This document shows positions 33,251 through 45,749 of a stretch of 64,000 bases of DNA, one piece after another (the stretch's first letter is position 1; the number at the start of each line of letters is the position of its first letter). Position numbers and translations under genes: made by a program. The notes beneath the pieces are model-generated. The model did no database searches, had not been told where the DNA came from, and was given only the letters and a program-made list of their open reading frames with translations. Where the stretch lies: the NCBI GenBank assembly GCA_002269645.1, contig NIVC01000664.1, positions 12,841 through 76,840 on the forward strand, read 5' to 3'. The DNA is from Macrostomum lignano. Its lineage: Eukaryota.

Positions 33251-35454
33251 AGCCTCCACAAACAAGGCAAAAACCAGTAGAACGGCCACCGGACGACTTA
33301 GGTGCAAATGTCTCACCTAGTGGTAGGTAATCGTTTTCGGAGCAGTGTCTTGCTTCTTTTTCTTATAATAGCGGGAGCAGTTCTGTTTGAAAGGAAAAAT
33401 GTGAGATGCGGGCTAAGATAAAGCCTTTGGTGTCGGTGGTCCGTTTAATTCCGGTGCACTTTACTTTCTCTACCGCTTCATTCAACTGTTTCAACTCGTA
33501 ACTAACGAAGGAGTCCGATGCTGCCAATGTAGTGAGCAGGGTGCTGGCTCTAAGAGCTGATTCTGCCGTGGGGAGTAAATGCATGGATTCATCAAAACTG
33601 TGTGAAAGCTCAAAAGCTGATGTCACAGTGAGAGGCTAGTCGAATTGAGTCGGTTTGATGGAACGCTCCTGTTTACACCAGTGCCCCCCCCCCCCGAAAT
33701 TTCCTTGCAGACAACTTGCTTCAATTCAGACTGGGTGTTTCAAGAGTGCAGAACTATAGGGAATAACCAGGAGCCTATACTCCCAACTGACTCTAGCGTC
33801 ATATTTCTTTAGATTCAGCTCCCAGAGAAAAAGCACCCAAAGGTGCTTTCCGACGCACCTTTCAGTCGTTGAACTCGGTCGTTGAGCTCCCAGAAAATGC
33901 CAGTCTTCCAGAAGCAAATCTGATATTTGTTTCTTTTTAGCTCTCATTCATTTTTCAAGAAAACTATTCCCATTTAATTTTTTAGCATTATTTTGTTCGA
34001 AGGCAATCGAATGTCAGCCAGCTAACACGCAGCTGTAGTGTCAGTTTCATGGGAAAAAGCATCTTCTATTGTGAGGGGGGGGGCGTTGGGAGTCTTGTGA
34101 GTCGCTCAAAAGCATCCAACTTCGATTTCGTGCGCTTAGAGGGGCCAGACTCCAGGGCACAGATAGTGTACATGCTCAGGATTTAGCAGAACGGGCATGA
34201 CTGCTCGCCTTCCTGCTGGCTGCAAGTCTAAAATTGCCTTGATTTTCGAACTAGCCAATAATGAATCCACGGCTTCTAGTGAAGAAGTGGTGGAAGAAGC
34301 GGCGGAGAACTCTTGGCTTTGACTTTTTATGTTCTGTAATGAAAGCCCGCTGGCAAGTTTGTTGATTACCGTTAGTAGCATTCGTGTAATTTCACTGCTA
34401 TTTTTTATATTATTCTAATCTAAATAACTAAACTTCACTATCAGATATGTCTTTTACCTCTAAAATTCCACCGCAGTCTCTTAGTTCTCTCTGTCTAACA
34501 GCACTTCATCAGTATAGGTATATTTGAACTACTCGGTCATTAAGCAATAGCGAACAAGACTTGTCGACAAGTCTCAGACAGGCATTGGAATAATTTATTG
34601 TATTTCCCGATTTCCCAATATTTCTCCCTTCGCAGGTGAGTGTTAAAAGAGCGTTTTTAGGAGTTTTAAATTTAACTTCACTTCTGACTTGCGCAAATGC
34701 TACCAGATCTGCTCTGAAATCGATACAGTCAGACGCCTGAGGGAACGATTCAATGGGTATACAGTGTTTCCACTTCACAATCTTTGCGTCCTAGTTAGCA
34801 TAGAAAGAACAACTCTGCTTTGCGGTCGATCGCGGGAGAGGAAGTGTTTGAGTTGATGTGTTCCTTATTACTGAGACCTTTCTCGGTTATCAAGGAACAA
34901 TCACTTCTAGCTCTTAGCTAGGCAACCCAGTTATCAATGAAGGTACTGCTTACCTTGACTCAGGTGAGATCTCGTCTGTAGTATCCTGCGTCAGTAGTTC
35001 TCTCAGTTGATTTGGTAGATCAGGCGCCTTGGTTCTTCAGTTGCTCTGGTCCTGGTTCCTCTTGTACTTCCGATGAAGTTACTTCCGGCCGGTATCTGCA
35101 GTCAGGACCAATCAGAGGCCTCGTATCAAACAATGGGTACCCTGCGCCGAACAGCGGTTTCTCCTTAGCCTTCTCCTTCTAGTAGTGCCTCTATGCACTC
35201 TAGGTAATGCTCCGGTAATCTCTAATAGATCCTCTAAGATCTATTAGGGTAGTCCTTCGGGCGACTACAGCCAATGGAGTCTCAAATGGACTCAAGAGTC
35301 TCAACAGACTCTAACACTATTACAATAGTAAGTCGACTCAATAACAACGGGCGCAAATGAGAAAGGCTTACCGCAACAACTCGACCGAGTCTCGATTGAC
35401 TTAGTGATCAGGAAATCCTCCTAAGGCTTCCTCCTCGGAGCTTCTCCTATCGTT

Positions 35455-35760
35455 GGACTTCACTTGGACCAAAGTTTTGACTTGCACCTTGACTGGACTT
35501 CACTTGGACCAAAGTTTTGACTTGCACCTTGACTGGACTTCACTTGGACCAAAGTTTTGACTTGCACCTTGACTGGACTTCACTTGGACCAAAGTTTTGA
35601 CTTGCACCTTGACTGGACTTCACTTGGACCAAAGTTTTGACTTGCACCTTGACTGGACTTCACTTGGACCAAAGTTTTGACTTGCACCTTGACTGGACTT
35701 CACTTGGACCAAAGTTTTGACTTGCACCTTGACTGGACTTCACTTGGATCAAAGTTTTGA
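35455..35760. repeat. 40-bp minisatellite, about 7.5 copies
   Basis: Unit GGACTTCACTTGGACCAAAGTTTTGACTTGCACCTTGACT. Confidence 0.95.
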
Positions 35761-36496
35761 GAAATGAGAAATGATTAAGTTATTTAGTTCCCAGAAGGCT
35801 GCGGGCGCTGCCGCAAATCAAGAAAAGTATTTATGCCAATTTCGCTGAAGTCTGAGCACTGACACGCACATGGATGCGTGCGCAGGCACACAGCCTCAGG
35901 GTGCGCAGCGGCCCTGAAATTATTTTGATCGGGCATGTAAACACTGAGTATGTGAATCGCAAAACAGCCGAAGGTACATTTGCTCAAGAGTCAGACGCGT
36001 TACCGCCAAGCTACTCTGCATTTTGTACCTGCGGAGAGACGGACACACAGCATCAACTCATGCAGGATTTCCTCAAAGGCCTCATGGATTTCACTGCGGA
36101 AAGTAAAAACGAAGCTTTTTAAGGAGTTTTAAAAAGGAGAAAAGATCCAAAACATGTAGAAATTATCTATCATAAATGAATTCATTTTTCATTATTCATT
36201 TTCTGGACAGAAACTCTTCCCGCACTTTCGAAAGAGAAATAGAAAATTACTGAATCCCAAAACTCACTCGCTACTTGCTTACTCGCCATCCCAATCTAGA
36301 CCCTGATTGGACAGAAAGTCAGACAAAGCCTCTAAAAGTGGGCAACAAGACCATTCAGTTGCTCTAGAAGTCTGCCTCCTCTCGTTGACTTAGCAAACCA
36401 ACTACCAATCCGAACGTATTGTTGAAATTATTTCCGTGAACTCTGCTTGAATAAGCTTCTCATCAAAATATTTCTTTGCTGGTTGACACCGACAAA

Positions 36497-37660
36497 ATGC
36501 TTAGCCTGCTACTCTGTGTTCTGCTACCTGCTGCTGGAGTTGCTGGTAAGGCAAATGAGGCAGATCCTCATTTGACTAAAAAATCAAAACTGTGGAATAT
36601 GACAGTCCTGCAAATTCTTACGTAAAACATTCCAGGACAGAACCTCTCCTGTGGCACCATTCATGATCATGGCCTACGGACCCTTCTCCAATCACTTCTG
36701 GACCTGCGACTCCACCTCCAGAGTCCTCATCTCAACGTCGAGCCCTCCGCTGCAGATGCAGCTCGAGCCCGCTCTGGACGGAACTCCCAGCGCTGTGTCC
36801 ATCTCTGACGCTGCGAGGCCCGACTTCTACTTGGTCACCAGCGGCACTGAATTTTACTTTAAGGTGAAATCGGACTCAACCAGTTTCAGACAGTCGGCCA
36901 GTTTTACAATCATCGCATCGGAGTTCTGCAACCACTGGCGCATCAGTCCGGTACAGTTCCCGGACCAGAGGATCCGGCATCAGAGTTACTACCTGACGAA
37001 GTCCAACTGGCCTGGAAATGACCTGTTCAAGTCGGACTCAGCGCTCTCCTTTCACTGCGTTGATTGTGAGTCTAAATTTTTAAATCGCACCCTTAACTGA
37101 GCTAACATTCTACCTGCTGATTTTCATCCTAAAATTATTTATTTTAAACTTCATGGTGAGCCTAAAGCTACCAAAGTATATAAATTTTAATTTGACTTTA
37201 TCGACTTCTTTCTCTTCAGACACGCGCCTGTGCCCGTCTCAAAGGCTGAGCTTTAGAACACCCACTGCCAGCTTCCTGTCCTGCTCAATCGGATCCTCCT
37301 GCGACCTGAGCTCGACCAAATCGACCAACTCAGTCTTCATCGAGCAGGATGGATTGAGCGGCGAGGTGAACTCCGTGTCAATCCGGTCAGCTGACAGTCC
37401 CGGCCACTTTCTGAGCTCGGACTCCGGCTGCTTCAAGCTGCTGGCGTCGACCGGAACTGCCGAGTTCAACAGCAGCGCCACTCTGAGACTCGCCTACGCA
37501 GCATCCGGAGTCGGGTGCGGCGACCGCCGCGTGCGGCTGCCGGGGCTCGGCAGCTCCGTCATGAACTTCAACCCTTCTGAGACTTGCAAGCTGCAGTCTG
37601 TTACCTGGCATTCAGATAGCTTCACCGAAGATGAAGCATTCAGCCCAATATGCGAACCAG
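36497..37660 (+). CDS. AbfB/CBM42-like copy C (inverted); exons 36497-36545, 36636-37065, 37220-37660; 1-bp insertion near 36659
   Basis: Signal MLSLLLCVLLPAAGVAG; ACCATTCATG versus ACCTTCATG in other copies shifts the frame. Confidence 0.7.
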
Positions 37661-37934
37661 GTGTTATAACAGCTATTATTATTATTTTCGAATTCCTTAC
37701 TGCCTTCGAGTGATTGGATGCAGAAAAAAACCGGATTCAGGGGTAAGTGCAAGTATGTTGAAGTCGACTTCACTTTTGTTTTGCGTGTTGTTGATTACAG
37801 TAGTTTTACTCGATTTTGATTGCTTTTTTAAACTATTTTGGTATTTCGATCACGGGAAATTTAGAAGCGGATGCCAATTGTAGCTACAGAATTCAGCCCC
37901 GGAAGTGAAGCTACAGGCTTGAGCAACTTGCTGA

Positions 37935-38400
37935 GAATGTCCAGCAGTTAAGGCTTGCCCATTATTGAAGCTTTGTGGGTTACATCAGAGAAATTCGCAA
38001 ACGGGTGGCCATAGTCACCTGCTGTTGAAGGTCCAGAAGCTCCGTCTGGATGACGGTCAGTGATCAACGAAGTCATAGCTGATGCAGACACACGTTGGTC
38101 GACGTGCTGATGAAATTGTGAGGCTTGGCAAGACCGCACGGAGGCGCAGTGCTGATTGGCGCACAAGGTTGAATTGAATACACTGGCGCTTATGAGAAAA
38201 TCCGACCTTCTGGCAGAATTGTTGAATATCTGGACGGTCCGGATGGCTGGCGACTGGATTCTTGCTTGAGAAGGTGCGCAACAAAAGTCAGCCCGTGTTC
38301 TTGAACTTCTTGTGCCTGACTAAGCAAAAAAAGTCGTCGCAGGAGAATCCCTCTACCCCTTAGTAGTTCTACTGTTAAGTAATGTTTGCCGGGAGTTCGG
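37935..38400 (-). repeat. Dispersed repeat with decayed coding-like content; diverged second copy at ~59645-60270
   Basis: Shared blocks GATGTCCAGCAG..GCCCATTATTGAAGCTT and AAATCCGACCTTCTGGCAGAAT..GAGAAGGTGCGCAAC. Confidence 0.7.
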
Positions 38401-38929
38401 CCCAACCAGCCAACAAGAAGCACGTTACCTGTTGTCCTAGTAAAGAAGAGATAGTCAGTACCTTTGGTGTTTTAGAGTGAAGAGAATTAATCTTTGAAAC
38501 TATTGTGTCGTGGGGATCAGCTTTTAAAAGAGCATGAGCTAATTTTCGTGCTAAATTAAAAAAGATCAGTTGGTAGAACACTTCCAGCATTATACTCGTA
38601 AAATAAAGTGCAATAAGAAAAGCACACGCAGTTATATTTGTAATGTACAGTCGAGTCCTAGGGAACTCAAAAAGCTTTCAAGCAATCGTATGCTGATAGT
38701 AAAAAATACATACCTTATGCTCGTAATACTCGTAAACTTTGTTAAACACATCCAAAGAACCAACAGTTACATAGTGAATAAAAAATGTTTAATCTTATAA
38801 ACTGAAGTTGTTCCAACTCACCTGCGCTTACCTCGATTGGTCTCCAATTTCGATTCAGTAAAGCATAGAGGCCGGGTAATCGATAAAAATCTTGCATATT
38901 TTTGAGTGAGAGAACAGACAGAAAACCCA

Positions 38930-39120
38930 ATTCACCTGGTTCGCATATTGGGCTGAACGCTTCATATTCGGTGAAGCTATCTGAATGCCAGGTAACAGAC
39001 TGCAGCTTGCAAGTCTCAGAAGGGTTGAGTTCATGACGGAGCTGCCGAGCCCCGGCAGCAGCACGCGGCGGTCGTTGCACCCGACTCCAGATGCTGCGTA
39101 GGCGAGTCTCAGAGTGGCGC
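38930..39120 (-). pseudogene. AbfB-gene exon-3 tail fragment in tandem with copy D
   Basis: Matches the copy C exon-3 end (PSETCKLQSVTWHSDSF) with a small deletion. Confidence 0.7.
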
Positions 39121-39183
39121 TTTGTTAAAACTTAGATGGCATTAAAACCTGTTAGAAATGCAAAAGATTAAAGCTTAAATTAC

Positions 39184-40386
39184 CTGGTTCGCAAACTGGG
39201 CTGAACGCTTCATAGTCGGCGTAGCTGTTTGAAGACCAGGCAGTAGCCTCAATCTTGCAAGCTCCTGTTCTGTAGTTCATGACGGAGCTGCCGAGCCCCG
39301 GCAGCAGCAGGCGGCGGTCGCCGCACCCGACTCCGGATGCTGCGTAGGCGAGTCTCAGAGTGGCGCTGCTGTTGAACTCGGCAGTTCCGGTCGACGCCAG
39401 CAGCTTGAAGCAGCCGGAGTCCGAGCTCAGAAAGTGGCCGGGACTGTCAGCTGACCGGATCGACACGGAGTTCACCTCGCCGCTCAGTCCGGCCTGCTCG
39501 ATGAAGACTGAGTCGGTCGATTTGGTCGAGCTCAGGTCGCAGGAGCTTCCGATTGAGCAGGACAGGAAGCTGGCAGTGGATGTTCTCAAGCTCAGCCTTT
39601 GAGACGGGCACAGGCGCGTGTCTGAAGAGAAAGTAGTCGATAAAGTCAAATGAAAATTTATACTCTTTGGTAGCTTTAGGCTCAGCATGAAGTTTTATAT
39701 AAATAATTTTAGGATGAAAATCAGCAGGTAGAATGTTAGCTCAGTTAAGGGTGCGATTTAAAAATTTAGACTCACAATCAACGCAGTGAAAGGAGAGCGC
39801 TGAGTCCGACTTGAACAGGTCATTTCCAGGCCAGTTGGACTTCGTCAGGTAGTAACTCTGATGCCGGATCCTCTGGTCCGGGAACTGCACCGGACTGATG
39901 CGCCAGTGGTTGCAGAACTCCGATGCGAGGATTGTGAAACTGGCCGACTGTCTGAAACTGGCTGAGTTCACTTTCACCTGAAAGTAAAATTTGGTGCCGC
40001 TGGTGACCAAGTAGAAGTCGGGCCTCGCAGCGTCAGAGATGGACACAGCGCTGGGAGTTCCGTCCAGAGCGGGCTCGAACTGCATCTGCAGCGGAGGGCT
40101 CGACGTTGAGATGAGGACTCTGGAGGTGGAGTCACAGGTCCAGAAGTGATTGGAGAAGGGTCCGTAGGCCATGATCATGAAGGTGGCACAGGAGAGGTTC
40201 TGTCCTAAAACGTATTTGTTAAAGCGATGCACTTGTTACTGCTTTCCACAGGTACATGAGTGGCTTTTGCACTATTTGCTTGAACTGCTTCTTACCTGAC
40301 CCAGCGGCCACTTGCAGCAGTACAAAACAGACGGCAGTCAATAGAAGTCTGGCGACCTTCGAGAGGCCCAGATGTAGGTCGGTCAT
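39184..40386 (-). CDS. AbfB/CBM42-like copy D; exons 40386-40296 (signal), 40204-39776, 39621-39184
   Basis: Signal MTDLHLGLSKVARLLLTAVCFVLLQVAAGS; open, phase-consistent exons. Confidence 0.78.
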
Positions 40387-41099
40387 GCCGTCGTTTGCGG
40401 TTTGCGTAATTTCAGCTCAGCTCAGTTTTAATCGTCAACAATATATTTTTTTTTTGTTGTATATCCAAGGAAGGTTGTGTTTCAGGCTCGGAAATTTATC
40501 TTAAATGCATTTTGAGCAAGATGTGAGGCTGATTTTATGCTAGAATTTCCTTGTCCCCAGCTGAAGCGTTTATAGATTGAATTGCAGCTCTCGAGAAAAG
40601 CATGTTTGCCTCAAAGTCGCTTCCTTCTTCAACCATGCGTGGTTTGCCTTCGCTCCGCTTGACTTTCCCTGCTTTTTAACTGCCTAGTGATAGGGATGTT
40701 GCTGCATCAATTGCTGGTTGATATCGTGCTGCCTGTATGCTTGATTGTTCGCGAGCACAAAAAACATGTAGCAGCTTGGTAACCATGAGCTGCTCAGTTT
40801 TTGACACTTCGCCTGGCTGATTGGAAGAAAACCGATCTAACCAAGGAGACAGTGGCTGCAATGTATCTAGCAGATGGTCATGGCTGAGAAGCTAAGACTC
40901 AGGAAGAAGTTCGTGAGATGCCAATTAGCGTCAAAGGGAGAGTTAGGGTTAGGGTTAGAGTGAGGCCATGGCTTGTACGTGTACTTGGTTTCGCAAGCAG
41001 GACTGAAAGCTTCATAGCTGCTTTATAGCTCGTACGTCTGAATCCCAGGCATAAGACTTGAGGTTTCAACCCCCAGCAGAGCTACAGTAGTTCAACAAA

Positions 41100-41411
41100 G
41101 TAACGTTGAACCCGGGCAGCAGCAGGCGATGGCACCCGATACACCCGACTCCGGATGCTGCGTAGGCGAGTCTCTGTGTTATTGCGTAGGCACTGCTGCT
41201 GAACTCGCTGCTGCTGAACTCGCTGCTGCTGAACTCGCTGCTGCTGAACTCGCTGCTGCTGAACTCGCTGCTGCTGAACTCGCTGCTGCTGAACTCGCTG
41301 CTGCTGAACTCGCTGCTGCTGAACTCGCTGCTGCTGAACTCGCTGCTGCTGAACTCGCTGCTGCTGAACTCGCTGCTGCTGAACTCGCTGCTGTTGAAGT
41401 CGCTGCTGTTG

Positions 41412-41448
<37 letters not shown>

Positions 41449-41600
41449 TGAGTGAGTGAGTGAGTGAGTGAGTGAGTGAGTGAGTGAGTGAGTGAGTGAG
41501 TGAGTGAGTGAGTGAGTGAGTGAGTGAGTGAGTGAGTGAGTGAGTGAGTGAGTGAGTGAGTGAGTGAGTGAGTGAGTGAGTGAGTGTGTGTGTGTGTGCG
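41100..41600. repeat. AbfB exon-3 fragment, 15-bp array (GCTGCTGAACTCGCT)n, then (GT)n/(GAGT)n
   Basis: CACCCGACTCCGGATGCTGCGTAGGCGAGTCTC matches the AbfB exon; the microsatellite abuts the LINE 3' end. Confidence 0.85.
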
Positions 41601-43945
41601 CCTAGTAGATACCGAGCTTCTAGTGACGTCCTTCCTCACGGAACTTCTTCCAGAACTCAGCCGCGTTCCCCGGCCTTCTGCTCAGATCTCTCAGCCCGTG
41701 CAGATCTTGCTTCTCCCTCAAGCTGCGCGTGACGGGCAGTCCATAACGTGTTCAATCGTCTCATCCGCCATGTCGAACCTAGTGCACCACCCTTCTTCTT
41801 GCTTGCCCACCCGTTTTCTGTGTGCCGCCAAATCCATGGAGTGGCCACTCCTGAAGCGTCTGAAATCGACCGCTTCCTCCTTACGAAGTCCCGTTGGTTG
41901 GAGCACCACTCCCTGCTCGCCACTCTGCTCCTCCTGTGTGATCTGTCGTCGTCTCTACCTAGCTTGCTCTGGATGTAATTTTTGCTGCTGCTGGCTGGCA
42001 CTCTGATGCCATCCTGGGCCCTAGTCGACGCCACTTTCGCCACCTCATCCGCCAGTTCATTTCCTGCAAGACCGCAGTGCGCTGGCACCCATATCAACTT
42101 CACCACCATCTCTTCCTCCTCCAGCTTCCTCAGCATATTCCTTGCTCTGATAGCCAACGGGTTTTTGCTCAGCCTTTAATACTCGTAGCTTGCAGGCAGC
42201 TCTGGCTGTCACTAATGATCATGACGCGCCCTCCTTTGCCGGCGTGTTCATCTAACCAGTTCAGGCCAGCGATGACCGCATAGAGCTCCGCTTGCGTAGA
42301 TGAGCAGGGCGTACCCGCAGCTTGTTGGATGGTCGCCTCAACTTAACCGACCCCCTCTGGGTCGTTTTCCGTGGGTTGGCACACCACCACTCCACTGCCT
42401 CCTTTGTCCTCAACCACTGATCCGTTCGTGTAGAGTATCCGGTCATCGGTCCCTGTTCCATGATGCTGGAAATCCTTTCCTCCAATTGTCCTTCGGCAGC
42501 ATTTCCCTCACACCATCGATCTTAATAGCATCCCTCACACGCGGTTGCCATGGTGGCGGTGGCACCTCATCCTCAAAGGCCATATTCTGAAGCTTGCACT
42601 CCGCCATGCCCGCTTCCGCCTTCTTCCTCCAGCCAAGTTATCCTCGGCGTGGGCTTTCCACTCCTCGGCTTTGCTCCTCCTGATACTCTCTCTCAGCTTT
42701 TCATTCGCCGCCGACCATTCCGCCTCTCCACTACCATTCTCGTCCGCCAATTCTTTCTTCTCATCTCTAGCTTCCATCTCTGCTCTGATCTGCCTGGCGA
42801 TCAACCCAATACACTTTCTGGCCGCAGTTAATAGGCCCTCCCGAAGCCGTTTCTCAGCATCAGATGTAGAGCCCTCATCAGGGTTGTATTCCAGAGCCAG
42901 CTTCGAAAGCATCTCACGATAGGCTTCCCAGTCCGCCTTTCTCCAATTCCATGTGATAATCTTTCTGCTCACCTCCGGTATACCGCTTCGGCCGCTACTC
43001 ATGATGATCGGTCTATGATCCAATCCCAGCTCTTTGACCGTCTGCCAGCCCCAGCGCGCCTCTTGCGTGCGGTAGCATAGCGTGACATCCGGCGCCGAAT
43101 GCCTAATATCACCTCTGGCGTCCCTTGTCGGATCGCCCGTATTTAGCACCACCATATCGTTGTCGTCCATCCAGTTTACCAGACGCTCTCCCCGCCCGTC
43201 CGCTTCCATTTCATTGTCCCACAGCTCGTGGTGCGCATTAAGTCACCTCCAACTATCCAATTTTGTCCGCTCGGGATCCTGTCCATGTCCTGCGCTCCTC
43301 CTCCCCTGTCCGGGAGGATGTACACATTCGCCAGCTTGATGGGACCTCCATTCATCGTGAGTTGGACCGCCAGGATCTCCACACCCTCTTCACCATAGTT
43401 GCAGTACTCCCCTAATATTCTGTAGGGGATCCCCTGCCGGATGAGCGTGACCAGCCCTCCTCCCCGGGAGTTCCGGATAGCTTGCTGCCGGGTTCTGTCC
43501 TGCCTGACCACTTCAAAGCCAGCCACATTGATGGTTCCGTCCTCAGCTCTCAACTTGGTCTCCTGGAGCATAGCAACGTCTACATCGTGCTTGTCCAAGA
43601 AGACTCTCAGCTCCGGGATCTTAGCCATCAAGTTGTCACAGTTCCATTGCAGGATGTATGTTGATGCCTTCGTCGCTCACCTCCGTGTCCTGCTTCATCT
43701 CCGCCGTTTTGTCGGGTTTCACCTGTTTTTCCTTCTCGCACTCCGTGCACATAAAGCCTCCACGCTGCTTCATTCTTTCCTTGACCGTACGGCTGCTCAG
43801 ACCAGCGCAAGTCCAGTGCACTTCTTTGCCACAGCGTCTGCAACTGGTGCCGTGTCCCGTCCTTCTGAATCTTCCGCAGACCGCGCACCGTCCCTTCTTC
43901 ATCGGGACCTGCCCCCGTCTCCTGCTTCTCCATTCACGCGATAAG
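41600..43945 (-). mobile_element. I-group-like non-LTR retrotransposon: PHD finger, AP endonuclease and RNase H, with RT deleted
   Basis: CAVC..CRRCGKEVHWTC..CTEC; ILQWNC..LQETKL..GGDL..APDVT..DHRPI; YTNGS..STQAELYA..SDSQS..WVPAHCGLAGNELADEVAK; no RT motifs; frameshifts. Confidence 0.85.
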
Positions 43946-43954
43946 ACTCAGAGC

Positions 43955-44010
43955 AAGGACCACTAGAAGTTACCGTGACTTCGATACAACGGTAACTTCT
44001 AGTGGTCCTT
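43955..44010. other. 56-bp perfect hairpin (22-bp arms) flanked by a 10-bp direct repeat
   Basis: AAGGACCACTAGAAGTTACCGT / ACGGTAACTTCTAGTGGTCCTT; GACTCAGAGC at 43945-43954 and 44011-44020. Confidence 0.9.
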
Positions 44011-45147
44011 GACTCAGAGCTGAACTAGAACAGTGGAGGCGTGGAGAAGGCTCTTGCGTCAAAACTCAGAAGCGATAATAAAATGCAAAACACAGACCTA
44101 ATTATGATCGATAGACTGTCGGAAGGGGGAGCGGCGCAAAAACAGTGCACAATTCAAGATCGAGAGAACAATCCCAGCAGCAGCCAATCAAAACAAAACA
44201 CAAACACGGGGGCAGGGCAGCGCGAGTGCCAGACCAGGGCCGGCCGCAGCCAATCAAAACGCGAGCACGGGGCAGACGAACGGGGGCACGCCTAAGCCTA
44301 TAGCAGCAAACCAGACCGGCGACGAGCACCAACCCCCAGGCAACCGCCAAAGTCCACCGTTCACCTACAGCCCTACAAGGGCACATGCCCTACCCATTGT
44401 AAAATGGTGCGCTTTCGCTGTTCCCTCTACTGGACCGGAAATGGGTGCAGAAAGGATTCAAACCGCTTTTGTGAGCAGACACGTAAATTTTATTTGGCTA
44501 CGGCTAGCAGTTGATGCTTAATGAATTTTAGCTGTTGGAACATTGAAAAGGGCTCCAAGGCCTCGCTCATAGAGACAGGAAAATCTCCAAGCTATTAAAG
44601 CTGCCTACGAGCGTAATTGATGCACTTCAGGATGCAGCGACACAATTTGAGCCTTATGAAGTAGAATTGGCACTGTCTCTTAGCTTGAGCATAGTAGCTG
44701 AAGTGCTTTTATAATGTGCTATGCTTTTAGAACGGACATTTCGAAACACAGGAGACTCCTTCGCCTTGTTAGCTCAAAATGATGAACGACGAATTCAAGG
44801 GTATACTTGTGCCAATTCAGGATGCACTCAGCATCAACTTTTTTGGTGCTGAGTCTGAAAGCTCACAGCAGAATGGCTTTGCATCGCTGATATTTTTTCA
44901 GAAAAATTAATCCTATGAGTTTTTGCTCTGCAAAAAGTTGTCAACAGAAAAGTTTGGAGAGCCATTCAACTTATTATTAAATGTCAGAAAGTTCGAATAA
45001 ACCTCCATGGAACTTTCTGAAGTGTATCCCTGAAAAACATACTTTTACGCAAGGTCTGACTGAGCATCTGACTTTGAAGAGACAATTTTCTGAAGAAAAC
45101 CACGTTTCAAAAAAGTACCATGATTATTTTAGATAATACGGTATGCA

Positions 45148-45640
45148 ATTTGAATGGTCTGTTCTGGAGTGGTCTGTTCCGGAGTGGTCTGTTCTGGAGT
45201 GGTCTGTTCTGGAGTGGTCTGTTCTGGAGTGGTCTGTTCTGGAATGGTCTGTTCTGGAGTGGTCTGTTCTGGAGTGGTCTGTTCCGGAGTGGTCGGTTCT
45301 GGAGTAGTCTGTTCTGGAATGGTTTGTTCCGGAGTGGTCTGTTCTGGAGTGGTCTGTTCTGGAGTGGTCTGTTCCGGAGTGGTCGGTTCTGGAGTGGTCT
45401 GTTCTGGAGTGGTCGGTTCTGGAGTGGTCTGTTCTGGAGTGGTCTGTTCCGGAGTGGTCTGTTCTGGAGTGGTCTGTTCCGGAGTGGTCCGTTCTGGAGT
45501 GATCTGTTCCGGAGTGGTCGGTTCTGGAGTGGTCTGTTCTGGAGTGGTCCGTTCTGGAGTGGTCTGTTCTGGAATGGTTTGTTCTGGTGTGGTCTTTGCT
45601 GGACAGTGGTCTGTTTTACAGATTGGTCTGTTCTGCAAGG
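45148..45640. repeat. 15-bp minisatellite (GAGTGGTCTGTTCTG)n, about 30 units
   Basis: Direct reading; several frames stay open only because the unit lacks stops. Confidence 0.95.
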
Positions 45641-45749
45641 AGTGTTAGGTTCAAACATTATGGATGTTGTAGGAAATTCCTGGTTGATGTCGCGTTCTTT
45701 ATCCCGCAGCAACAAAGTTGAAAATTAAAAACGCTGTCACAGGGCGAAC

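Noticed and set aside
33119-33316. Small secreted peptide (signal-like stretch fused to an AbfB tail)
   Set aside because: Starts at GTG that is part of a GTGAG splice donor; better explained as intron sequence joined to an exon fragment
41082-41639. PolyQ/HSLT and AAELA ORFs
   Set aside because: Products of the 15-bp array and microsatellites
45107-45728. Mucin-like PEQTT or other repeat proteins
   Set aside because: Four frames are open from a stop-free 15-bp unit; no signal peptide or splice support
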